This document shows, one piece after another, positions 37,398 to 46,393 of a stretch of DNA of 64,000 nt (position 1 is the first letter of the stretch; each line of letters begins with the position of its first letter). The stretch is from NCBI GenBank assembly GCA_038204425.1, contig JBBRCZ010000001.1, forward strand, positions 1-64,000. Reading direction: 5' to 3'. The notes below the pieces were generated by a model. It was given only the letters and a program-made list of their open reading frames with translations, made no database searches and was not told the origin of the DNA. This stretch comes from Spirochaetia bacterium. GTDB taxonomy: Bacteria > Spirochaetota > Spirochaetia > DSM-27196 > Salinispiraceae. The position numbers and the translations under genes are program-made.

Positions 37398-38630
37398 ATG
37401 ATTTTCCCCGTGACAAAATATGCTTATTTTCTGTGCGTTTCCCTTTTGCTTGTACTTGTATCTGCCTGTACCAGAGGTGCGCCGGACATACTTGATTCCG
37501 AAAACTTGTTTGACATCCCGCTGGGAAAACTTGAGAACTCAATTGACCTTTTTCAGATCAATGGAGTCAAGTCCAATCGAAAAAATAGGCTGTTTGCTCA
37601 GAACGGGCTGTTTTGGATTAGCAATGGCAATGCGTCCAAAGTTTTACAGTTTTCTTCCTATGGCGATCTACTTGGTTTGATTTACAATCCGCAGGAAAAT
37701 CCGCGACCGGTACTTACCGCAAGTAGTAGTGACAAACTCGCCAACAAACGCTCATTTGCGTTTGCACTTGAAGATGTTGGAGAAATTGTAGTCCAAAGAA
37801 GCGGTACTATTTTGCTAGAAGATAGGACACCCGAATCCCAAAAGACCCTAGATCCAAATCTGAATGCCGTCTTAAACAGGATTGTTTTACGCTTTGACCA
37901 AAACGGCAAATACCTTGACTACTTGGGTCAAGAAGGAAAGGGTGGTGCAGCCTTTCCTTACATTGTCAGTTTGCATGTTACCGCTTCTGACGAAATAGTG
38001 GTCGTTTCGCGAACGATAGACCAGTGGCTGGTGTTTTGGTTCGACAAAGACGGAAATCGCCGTTACGCTTATCAATTTAGTCAAAACCGGCTTCCAGTGC
38101 CGGCCAATGACGGCCGCTTTCCAGCATTGTTGTCTATTTTTCCAGATGCCGAGTCCAATCTTTTGTACCTGCATCTCGCCTACTACCCGATTCAGGAAGG
38201 TGGGCAAACAAGCGGGCAGGATATTAGTCTAATTGAAAGCCGTATATACACTTTGGACACCCTAAGTGGTAAGTTTGTTTCTTGGTTTTCACTTCCTGCC
38301 GAGTATCAGAACTCCAAAGCGGCCGAAGTGCTTGGCAAAACTGAAGACCAATTTCAGGCCTTGCAATCCTTTATCGGCGTGGCAGTTGGCGGACGATTAT
38401 ATTTTATTAACCATCGGTCTAAGAATACCCATCTACTGAGTGTGTATGATAGGAATGGACGGGTAATCTCCTTAGGCTATATTTCACTTGACGATAACAA
38501 GTTGTTTGAACTTCAATGGTCAGTAAGCCTTGACGGACTTATCTCGGCATTTCAAGGCTTCGCTGACAAAGCAAGTGTTAGTACGTGGAACACCAATCGC
38601 CTGTCCGGCTTAATGCGAGTCAATCGTTGA
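37398..38630 (+). CDS. Conserved spirochaetal lipoprotein (probable beta-propeller)
   Basis: Lipobox VSAC, FSSYGDL, YLGQEGKGGAAFPYI. Confidence 0.75.
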   Translation: MIFPVTKYAYFLCVSLLLVLVSACTRGAPDILDSENLFDIPLGKLENSIDLFQINGVKSNRKNRLFAQNGLFWISNGNASKVLQFSSYGDLLGLIYNPQENPRPVLTASSSDKLANKRSFAFALEDVGEIVVQRSGTILLEDRTPESQKTLDPNLNAVLNRIVLRFDQNGKYLDYLGQEGKGGAAFPYIVSLHVTASDEIVVVSRTIDQWLVFWFDKDGNRRYAYQFSQNRLPVPANDGRFPALLSIFPDAESNLLYLHLAYYPIQEGGQTSGQDISLIESRIYTLDTLSGKFVSWFSLPAEYQNSKAAEVLGKTEDQFQALQSFIGVAVGGRLYFINHRSKNTHLLSVYDRNGRVISLGYISLDDNKLFELQWSVSLDGLISAFQGFADKASVSTWNTNRLSGLMRVNR

Positions 38631-39244
38631 GTCGCTATGATTATGAAGCCGGAAGCCAGATTCCAATTATGTACAGACGTGGTCCAGAGTACTGGCAAAA
38701 GGGTAGGGCACCTGTTTATTCAGACCCAGAAAGACTGCGACAACAAGTCCCTGTCAAAAAATCTTTGTTGCAACGCATAAAAAGTGGAAGCCAGTGGCGA
38801 ATACTTGTGTTGCTTGCGTTAAATGTTGGAATTTTAGTTTTTGTAAGCACTATGATCGACCAAAACAAAGTGCAAGAACTTAGCAAAACGATTGATGGCA
38901 TGGAAATCAAGCTCTCGGTGGCATCCAGTCCCGACGAAGTGGATAGACGATTGGTGGTACTCAACTTCCGCCAAGTAAGTAAGTCCACCCATAGTAATCT
39001 ACTCGCAGACTTTTGGTTTGAGTCGCTTGATGCTCTGGGCGCCATTATTGACTCCCAGAGCCAAAACGATATTCTTCCAAGTTACGTTGGTGATGAGCGG
39101 CAATTCTTAGCCAAAATCCCACTGCAAGCCAATTCAGTTAGAACACGCGTGGTTTTTTTGGAAACCAATCAGTCGCTTGCACTCGGTTCCCAAGAGCCTT
39201 GGATACTTGAGGTATCCTTTGCTAAGTCTGGAGACGATCAATGA
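38627..39244 (+). CDS. Hypothetical single-TM protein
   Basis: ORF with one TM helix; TTG start overlaps the upstream TGA. Confidence 0.6.
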   Translation: MSRYDYEAGSQIPIMYRRGPEYWQKGRAPVYSDPERLRQQVPVKKSLLQRIKSGSQWRILVLLALNVGILVFVSTMIDQNKVQELSKTIDGMEIKLSVASSPDEVDRRLVVLNFRQVSKSTHSNLLADFWFESLDALGAIIDSQSQNDILPSYVGDERQFLAKIPLQANSVRTRVVFLETNQSLALGSQEPWILEVSFAKSGDDQ

Positions 39245-39645
39245 GTCAGCAGCGTTCTCTTGCAGCATACATAGCAAAGAATGGCAAGATACTACTTGGC
39301 CGAAGGAACAATGTTGGTGATATGGGCGGCAGGTGGGAACTTCCTGGCGGCAAAGCCGAGCTCAGCGAAACCGATCAAGAAGCCCTCACTCGAGAACTCA
39401 AAGAAGAGCTCTCTGTCGAAGCAACAATTCTTGACCAAATTGAGGCTGACAAATTTATTCATGATGGCCGTGAGCATCTTCTTTTTGTCTATGCGGTAAC
39501 TATTGAATGTGAGCCCACAATTCTAAGTGAACATCAACAAGTAGCTTGGTTTAGTCTAAACGCTCTTCCGAACCCAAGCGACTTGGTTGACTCAGACGCC
39601 AGAGTACTTGCTAAGATTGCAGCAAAATATCAAAATCCATGTTAA
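39241..39645 (+). CDS. NUDIX hydrolase (MutT-like)
   Basis: WELPGGKAELSETDQEALTRELKEELSV Nudix box. Confidence 0.92.
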   Translation: MSQQRSLAAYIAKNGKILLGRRNNVGDMGGRWELPGGKAELSETDQEALTRELKEELSVEATILDQIEADKFIHDGREHLLFVYAVTIECEPTILSEHQQVAWFSLNALPNPSDLVDSDARVLAKIAAKYQNPC

Positions 39646-40922
39646 ATAATGGTTCCATTGGGAACAATTCCATTCTTTGGTATAATAATTATGTTGTCGC
39701 GTATAAAGTGGGTTTGATAGTCGCCATCTTCCCGCGGCAATTTATCAATGCCAATTCTGCAATTTTCGCCTATTCGCGCGTTCTTGTCGATTATTGACTT
39801 CTTAACCAAAGAGCCGCGACCAATACCAATGTCCGGGATTCCTTTTTGCTTGTTTTGCGAGCGTTCCTCGATAGTCTCGTAAAAATCTGCACCCATACAA
39901 ACTACGCCATCTAAACTTGCGCCAGATTCGATTAAAGTTCTCAGGCCAACTATTGAGTTAACAATACTAGCGTTGGTGATTATACAGCCATCGGCAGCCA
40001 AACTTTCGGAGATGCTGCAAAAGTTAAACTTGCTGGCCGGAAGATCTCGCTTGTGTGTGTAAATGGGGCGATCTTCATCATAAAAATTAAACTTGGGGTT
40101 TATACTTGCCAAATCGATATTGGTCTCATAGAAATTCTTAATGGTACCAATATCTTCCCAAAAACCAGTGTAAATGTGCGACTGGACTTTGCATTTCTCA
40201 ATCAAAAAAGGAATAATTTCGTGGCCAAAGTCGGTAAAATCGTTGTCTAATGCGCGTTCTAAAACCTCAGCCTTAAAGAAGTAGATGCCCATGCTTCCAA
40301 GATACTCACGGCCAGCGCTCTGCATTTCCTTGCTCGGATGCAAATCATGAGGGATCTTGAGGTGTTCTATGTCCCGGCTAATCTCGGGTTTTTCTATAAA
40401 CTCAGTCACTCGACCCTTGCCGTCAACTCTCATAATGCCAAACCCTGAGGCGTCCTCTCGGCTAACTGGAGTTGTTGCAATGGTTATGTCAGCTTTTGAG
40501 TCCAGATGCTTTTTCATAAACTCTTGCATGTCCATACGATAGAGCTGGTCACCGGATAGTATTAAGTAATGGTCAGGATTTTGGCTAGAAAAATGATGCA
40601 TGTTTTTACGGACCGCATCCGCTGTTCCTTCATACCAACCGGCTTTGTCAAAACTTTGTTCCGCGGCAAGTATTTCTACAAAACCTCTAGTAAATGCGTC
40701 AAATATATACGTGTTACCCAAATGAAGATGCAGTGAAGCAGAATTAAACTGCGTCAGGACGTAGATTTTTTTAAAGCCAGCATTAATAGAGTTGGAAATG
40801 GGAATATCTACTAGTCGATATTTTGCACCAAAGGGAACTGCTGGCTTGGCCCGACTTCGAGTGAGCGGGTACAGACGAGTCCCTTTTCCGCCACCGAGAA
40901 TAATTGTAAGTACGCTTTGCAT
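39642..40922 (-). CDS. glgC: Glucose-1-phosphate adenylyltransferase
   Basis: GGGKGTRLYPLT, AKPAVP, GTADAV, GDQLY, WEDIGT; ATG 40922 after GGGGAG. Confidence 0.96.
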   Translation of the reverse strand: MQSVLTIILGGGKGTRLYPLTRSRAKPAVPFGAKYRLVDIPISNSINAGFKKIYVLTQFNSASLHLHLGNTYIFDAFTRGFVEILAAEQSFDKAGWYEGTADAVRKNMHHFSSQNPDHYLILSGDQLYRMDMQEFMKKHLDSKADITIATTPVSREDASGFGIMRVDGKGRVTEFIEKPEISRDIEHLKIPHDLHPSKEMQSAGREYLGSMGIYFFKAEVLERALDNDFTDFGHEIIPFLIEKCKVQSHIYTGFWEDIGTIKNFYETNIDLASINPKFNFYDEDRPIYTHKRDLPASKFNFCSISESLAADGCIITNASIVNSIVGLRTLIESGASLDGVVCMGADFYETIEERSQNKQKGIPDIGIGRGSLVKKSIIDKNARIGENCRIGIDKLPREDGDYQTHFIRDNIIIIPKNGIVPNGTII

Positions 40923-41028
40923 GAGGTCTCCCCTGCTATTGTAGGCTAAGCGACAAGTTGGGGTCAACAAGAAACTCATGCGCAGATATAGACTTTTTTG
41001 CATGGTAGTCAAAAAAGTGTCGGACAGC

Positions 41029-41057
41029 TTTACAACGATTTAGAGAAGTGTTATAGT
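41029..41057 (+). promoter_or_regulatory. Sigma70 promoter of the RRM gene
   Basis: TTTACA-17-TATAGT with extended TG. Confidence 0.6.
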
Positions 41058-41222
41058 CGGTTTATGCTGTTAAAAATTGATGGCATTTGCTTCCAACGTT
41101 CAGTACCGGTGTCTTCGTCTCTGCTGGAATCTGCTTCCTTTGGTGACCGCCCGAACCTTTATATTACTTTATAAAGGTGCTTTCCGTTGAGAGTGTGGGC
41201 TTTTAGCCCGAAAGGAAGCCTC

Positions 41223-41567
41223 ATGGCTACTAAGACTTTGTATGTGGGCAATATGGCCTACAGTACCCCCGAAAGCACCCTGCGGGTGGTATTTGAACCC
41301 TTCGGACCTATCCAAAGTGTTCGCGTTATCGGAGACAAAGGTTTCGCTTTTGTCGAGATCCCAGAAGAAAACTTGCAGGCAGCAATTGACAATGTCAACG
41401 GTAAGAACGTTGATGGTCGACCATTGACTGTAAACGAAGCTCGTCCTCGCACTGAGAACCGCGACAATGACCGTGGCGGATACGGTGGCGGTGGCGGCGG
41501 TGGCGGTGGCGGTGGCTACGGCAACCGAGGTGGTGGTGGTAATGGTGGCGGCGGTCGTCGTTACTAA
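41223..41567 (+). CDS. Glycine-rich RRM RNA-binding protein
   Basis: LYVGNM (RNP2), KGFAFVEI (RNP1), LTVNEARPR, Gly-rich tail. Confidence 0.93.
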   Translation: MATKTLYVGNMAYSTPESTLRVVFEPFGPIQSVRVIGDKGFAFVEIPEENLQAAIDNVNGKNVDGRPLTVNEARPRTENRDNDRGGYGGGGGGGGGGGYGNRGGGGNGGGGRRY

Positions 41568-41614
41568 GAAACCCAGTTTGGAACGATAGCTTTAATAGCG
41601 TAGTTTTTAAACAT

Positions 41615-41646
41615 AGCTGCTCTGATTTATCAGGGCGGCTTTTTTT
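41615..41646 (+). terminator. Intrinsic terminator
   Basis: AGCTGCTCTGA-TTTA-TCAGGGCGGCT + T run. Confidence 0.75.
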
Positions 41647-41783
41647 ACGCTTAAATTTTAAGAGTATTGTGTTTTTTTGCTTGCTCAAGTCGCTTAGTTA
41701 TTGTGCTATGCGAGCTCAGTGCCGATAAAAATAAGGTGCCATGCTTCCTGTATGGTCAATTTGGTATTTTTGGAGCTGGATTC

Positions 41784-43097
41784 ATGAGAACAATGGCAGT
41801 GATTAGTTCTGATCAAAAACTTAACGACAGAATAAAAAAAGTATGTGACATCTTTTCTCAAACCGACCTAGAGATTGTGCCAGTAGTTTTGGGCAACGAA
41901 GAAGAAGCTTTGGCCTTTATCAAATATGACTTGCCAGAAATTAATGTAATTCATTTTTCAGATAAAGATTTGGACATAGACAAGGTTCTAAAGGCCATAA
42001 AAAACGACCAATGGTTACACTATGGCGGTATTGTTGCCGTTCATGCTGACAAGGATAGAAAGCTATGCGCAGAAAAGCTAAAAGACTGCAATCTGCTGTC
42101 GTTGCTTTCAAGAAAAGAGTTTGTCCAAGGTTTCTATAGAATTCTTAAGATTCTGAGTCAAAATAGACAGGTAATCTTTCAACGCGACCTGCAAGCATTC
42201 TTAATGAAGAGCCTTTCGGGAAGCCTTGTAATGGATAATGATCCTCTAAACGTGCGAATTTACGCCAACCTAATTTCCAACTACCTTTTTAATTCCAACT
42301 ATGTTAACGCTGAACTTCGTGACCGCTTACACGTTGGACTACACGAAATGTTGATGAACGCGGTTGAGCACGGAAACTGCGAAATTAGCTACGAAGAAAA
42401 GACAAACTGGCTTGAGTCACACGGTGACATTCTTGAACTGATTCGGCTAAAGTGCCAGGATCAAGGAATTAAGGCAAAAAAAGTTTTCTTCAATTACCGA
42501 ATCAGCAAAGAAAAGTCGAGTTTTACTATCAAAGATGAAGGTGCCGGATTCGATTGGAACCATCATTTAAACAAGCGTGACCATTCAGACAATTTTGGCT
42601 TGCACGGTCGTGGTATTGCGATGACAGGCATCTACGTTGAAAACCTGCGGTACAACGATGTTGGCAACGAGGTCAGCTTTGACGTCAGCCATCAGCAAAA
42701 CGAAACCAACGTCTTGCCAAGTATATTTGTGGACCAAGATGAAGTCGAGTTTAAAGACGGCGAAGCGATATTCCGTGAAGGTGAAGTCTCAAACAATCTA
42801 TATTATATCGTTTCTGGAGAACTAGAAATAATTCGTAATAAACAAGTGGTATCCGTTTTGACTCCCGATGACTTATTTTTGGGTGAAATGTCTTTTCTGT
42901 TGGCAAACAGAAGATCAGCGACGGTAATATCCAAAGGAAGCTCGGTATTGGTTCCTGTTTCGAAACACAGTTTTGTAAATATTATCAGAGAACAACCACA
43001 TTATGGCATTTTTTTGGCACGACTTTTGGCCCATCGGCTTGAGCGAATGAACAATGCTATGGTGGAGCTACACAAGGACAGGTCCGCTATTATTTGA
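41784..43097 (+). CDS. REC-like / RsbW-type HATPase / cyclic-nucleotide-binding protein
   Basis: EMLMNAVEHGN, IKDEGAGF, HGRGI; C-terminal IFREGE..LGEMSFL..RRSATV. Confidence 0.85.
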   Translation: MRTMAVISSDQKLNDRIKKVCDIFSQTDLEIVPVVLGNEEEALAFIKYDLPEINVIHFSDKDLDIDKVLKAIKNDQWLHYGGIVAVHADKDRKLCAEKLKDCNLLSLLSRKEFVQGFYRILKILSQNRQVIFQRDLQAFLMKSLSGSLVMDNDPLNVRIYANLISNYLFNSNYVNAELRDRLHVGLHEMLMNAVEHGNCEISYEEKTNWLESHGDILELIRLKCQDQGIKAKKVFFNYRISKEKSSFTIKDEGAGFDWNHHLNKRDHSDNFGLHGRGIAMTGIYVENLRYNDVGNEVSFDVSHQQNETNVLPSIFVDQDEVEFKDGEAIFREGEVSNNLYYIVSGELEIIRNKQVVSVLTPDDLFLGEMSFLLANRRSATVISKGSSVLVPVSKHSFVNIIREQPHYGIFLARLLAHRLERMNNAMVELHKDRSAII

Positions 43098-43347
43098 CCT
43101 TGGCCTCGTAGCCGATTCTCCGTATTAGTTCAATAATTTGGTCTATGCTTTCTTTTTTTCCATCGTAGTCAACGTGGATTTCGGCCTTTACGCGGTCAAC
43201 CTCGACATCTTGTATGCCTTTAAACTTTTTACCAACGTGTTCTATTGTATGCGCACAAGAAGAACAAGTTCCACCAGTGCTTGTCAAAACAGTGTGAACC
43301 AGGTTCTCGCTTGCGATAGGTTCTTTCTTTCCTAAAAAAAATGCCAT
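43090..43347 (-). CDS. Heavy-metal-associated domain protein (CopZ-like)
   Basis: GGTCSSCA CxxC motif, IRRIGY. Confidence 0.85.
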   Translation of the reverse strand: MAFFLGKKEPIASENLVHTVLTSTGGTCSSCAHTIEHVGKKFKGIQDVEVDRVKAEIHVDYDGKKESIDQIIELIRRIGYEAKVK

Positions 43348-43413
43348 GTCTACAATATAATTAGAAAATATGCTTGAAGGCAAGCAAGTAACTAGGCTTG
43401 GTGCTGTTATAAC

Positions 43414-43442
43414 TTGAACGGAGCACCGATTTAGGATATATT
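43414..43442 (+). promoter_or_regulatory. Sigma70 promoter of glyS
   Basis: TTGAAC-17-TATATT. Confidence 0.5.
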
Positions 43443-43520
43443 TCGCTGCTACTTGGAACTGACTAAACGTTTCAAATCAAGAACCACATGCCGGTGGTTT
43501 TATCATTGAGAGGAGCCATC

Positions 43521-44894
43521 ATGGCCGAACTAGAAGAACGAGCTGACAGTCAGCTTATGGACAAGGTCGTGTCGCTTGCCAAGCGTCGTGGTTTTGTTTA
43601 CCAGTCGTCTGAAATTTACGGGGGACTCTCTGGCGCATGGGACTACGGCCCATTGGGCATTGAGCTTAAAAACAACATTCAGCGGTTTTGGTGGAAAGAG
43701 ATGACTCGCAAGCACGACAATATTGTTGGACTTGATGCATCTATCTTGATGCACCCCAAAGTCTGGGAAGCCTCGGGCCACGTGGCAAATTTTTCTGACC
43801 CGTTGGTTGACTGTAAGCAGTGTAAAAGTCGCTTTAGAGCTGACCACATTGATTTAAAGGCACCTTGTCCCAACTGTGGCACGAAAGACAGCTTTACCGA
43901 ACCGCGACAGTTTAACTTAATGTTTAAGACCCACCTTGGATCCAGTGAAGGACCAGAAAGTGTCGTCTACCTTCGTCCAGAAACAGCTCAAGGCATCTAT
44001 GTAAACTTTAAGAATGTCCATCAAACTTCCCGAGTCAAGATTCCTTTTGGTATCGCCCAAGTTGGTAAAGCATTTAGAAATGAGATTGTAACCAAGAGCT
44101 TTATTTTTAGATCCTGCGAGTTTGAGCAAATGGAGATGCAATACTTTGTTCATCCCAGTGAAGATGAAAAATGGTTCGCATTCTGGAAAGAAGAACGCTT
44201 AAAGTATTATACAAAAATGGGTATTGTAAGCGAGAGGTTACGTTTTCATCATCATGGTACTGAGCTGGCCCACTACGCCAAAGACGCCTATGATATTGAA
44301 TATTTGTTTCCGTTTGGCTGGAAAGAACTTGAAGGTATTCACAATCGATCTAACTTTGACCTAACGCAGCATGGTAACTATTCTGGAAAAGATATCAACT
44401 ATCTTGATGAGGAAAGCAAAGATCGTTTTGTGCCCTTTATTATTGAAACTTCTGCCGGCTTGACACGTAGTCTTTTGATGGCAATTTGTGACGCATACGA
44501 GGAAGAACTGGTGCAAGAAGCTAGTGAAGGAAAAGAAGCCGACACAAGAACCGTCTTGCGCCTGCATCCTGAACTTGCGCCAATTACAGTTGGAGTCTTT
44601 CCGCTAGTCAAGAAAGACGGTTTGTCGGAATTGGCCCAAGATATTTGCCAAGAATTATCTGACGACTATGCAGCGTTCTACGACGCATCGGGAGCTATTG
44701 GTCGACGATATCGTCGACAGGATGAAATCGGCACCCCTTTTTGTGTGACGATAGACTATGACAGCAAAGAAAACGGGACGGTTACCTTGCGGTTTCGTGA
44801 CAGTATGGAACAGATTAGAGTTCACAGAACAGAACTGTCTGCCGCGATCAAGGGGGCCATTAAATCCTATGTTAGAGTATCCTCCAAAGCCTAA
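43521..44894 (+). CDS. glyS: Glycine--tRNA ligase (alpha2 type)
   Basis: KRRGF, DYGPLG, LRPETAQG, GKAFRNE, IGRRYRRQDEIGTP. Confidence 0.97.
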   Translation: MAELEERADSQLMDKVVSLAKRRGFVYQSSEIYGGLSGAWDYGPLGIELKNNIQRFWWKEMTRKHDNIVGLDASILMHPKVWEASGHVANFSDPLVDCKQCKSRFRADHIDLKAPCPNCGTKDSFTEPRQFNLMFKTHLGSSEGPESVVYLRPETAQGIYVNFKNVHQTSRVKIPFGIAQVGKAFRNEIVTKSFIFRSCEFEQMEMQYFVHPSEDEKWFAFWKEERLKYYTKMGIVSERLRFHHHGTELAHYAKDAYDIEYLFPFGWKELEGIHNRSNFDLTQHGNYSGKDINYLDEESKDRFVPFIIETSAGLTRSLLMAICDAYEEELVQEASEGKEADTRTVLRLHPELAPITVGVFPLVKKDGLSELAQDICQELSDDYAAFYDASGAIGRRYRRQDEIGTPFCVTIDYDSKENGTVTLRFRDSMEQIRVHRTELSAAIKGAIKSYVRVSSKA

Positions 44895-44998
44895 GTTTTT
44901 GATAGAGTGAGATTTATGTCTCCCTCTATGTAGAGAAATCTAACCCAAGCAAGGGTAAATCCATTGAGCTTTAAGCTGAGCGCTATGGTATTTATTCG

Positions 44999-45025
44999 TA
45001 AGTCCCGTTTTGAAAATGCCGATGA
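44999..45025 (+). promoter_or_regulatory. Candidate sigma28 promoter for the diguanylate cyclase
   Basis: TAAG-15 nt-GCCGATGA versus consensus TAAA-N15-GCCGATAA. Confidence 0.5.
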
Positions 45026-45043
45026 TGACTAGGGAGTTCTAAC

Positions 45044-46393
45044 ATCGAGACAAATCGAAGCCCGAAAGCAGCCCAGCGCTATAGGTACTCACTCGTTTGG
45101 CGAACCGCATTGCTCTTTGTGGTGATGGCTATTTTGAACCTCAGTCTCTTTGTAATCATGGTTTTTGAAAATCAGTTGGACCTTATTCTGCAGAACGCGC
45201 TACTTTCTAGCCGGCTACAAGTTGCTACTTTCCAATCTACTTTGTTAGAGATCCTTGGTCCACAACAAGATTGGAGCGACGAAAAGGCCCGCGAACTGCA
45301 TCGTCGCGTCAGTCAAAACGGTATGGACAACTATACGCTCTTTAGGGAAGACGGCCGTGTAATAATGGATGTAAAGAACTGGGAAATCAGCAAACGCGAC
45401 GACGCAAGTCTTGATGAACTCAAATCTATTAACGCTGCAATGGCAAGAAAGGCATTTGAGAACGCTGCTTTTTCAGAAAAAATCGAACCAGAAAGTAAAC
45501 TGCTCGATCTTTGGGCGCCCTTTAATTTGGCGTCGGATAGCCAAGGGGTAGTTAGGTTAAGAACCAAACTTAGCGAAATTGGCTATTTGATGGAAATTTT
45601 GTACAGACAAGCTCTTTTTATTGGCTTGGCATTGCTGCTTATTCATTTTGTTTATGCTTTTCTCACCTTTAGACAAATCTTTGTACCTTTGCGACTATTA
45701 CTGATGGGCACCCGTGCTATTGCTTCTGGCCAGCTTGACGTACATATTCCGTTGCTAAAGCGCAACGAAATGGGCGAATTGGCCGCCGCCTTTAATGAAA
45801 TGGGTGTAGCCGTTAGAAATATGAAAGAGGAAGCCTTAGGTGCCAATCCGCTGACTGGTTTGCCGGGAAACCATGCGATTGCTCACAGCATAGAAGAACG
45901 TCTGCAAGGCGAACAGAAGTTCGCCGTTTTGTACTGTGATCTAGACAATTTTAAAGCGTACAATGACAAATATGGCTTCTCTAAGGGCGACGACGCCATC
46001 CTTTATGTTAGAGATTGTCTAAGCAAGCTAGAAAAAATGTTTCCCAATCGCAACGTCTTTATTGGACATGAAGGTGGCGACGACTTTGTGGTAATAATTG
46101 ATTATGTCGTAGCGATCGACTTTTGTGAGGCGTTTTTGCCTCTATTTGATTCTGCAATTTCACAGTTTTATAAACCGTCAGATATGTCCTCAGGCTTTAT
46201 AGAAAGCGTCAATCGACAGGGTGTGGCCATGATTTTTCCACTCATGTCCATCTCTGTCGCAATTGTTTCAAATAAATTTAGACCTTACAAACATTATGGC
46301 GAACTCGTCCAGGCTGCTGCTGAAATCAAGAAACTGGCCAAGAAAGTTAATGGGTCCTCCTATGTGGAGGATACAAGAGCAGATAGACCGTGA
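45044..46393 (+). CDS. Membrane HAMP-GGDEF diguanylate cyclase (GGDDF); start probably ATC 45044 (track uses TTG 45110)
   Basis: Two TM helices, HAMP, NPLTGLPGN, DLDNFKAYNDKYG, GGDDF. Confidence 0.88.
   Translation: METNRSPKAAQRYRYSLVWRTALLFVVMAILNLSLFVIMVFENQLDLILQNALLSSRLQVATFQSTLLEILGPQQDWSDEKARELHRRVSQNGMDNYTLFREDGRVIMDVKNWEISKRDDASLDELKSINAAMARKAFENAAFSEKIEPESKLLDLWAPFNLASDSQGVVRLRTKLSEIGYLMEILYRQALFIGLALLLIHFVYAFLTFRQIFVPLRLLLMGTRAIASGQLDVHIPLLKRNEMGELAAAFNEMGVAVRNMKEEALGANPLTGLPGNHAIAHSIEERLQGEQKFAVLYCDLDNFKAYNDKYGFSKGDDAILYVRDCLSKLEKMFPNRNVFIGHEGGDDFVVIIDYVVAIDFCEAFLPLFDSAISQFYKPSDMSSGFIESVNRQGVAMIFPLMSISVAIVSNKFRPYKHYGELVQAAAEIKKLAKKVNGSSYVEDTRADRP

Noticed and set aside
43384..43520. 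T-box or glycine riboswitch before glyS
   Set aside because: Leader too short and no T-box consensus or terminator; only small hairpins.
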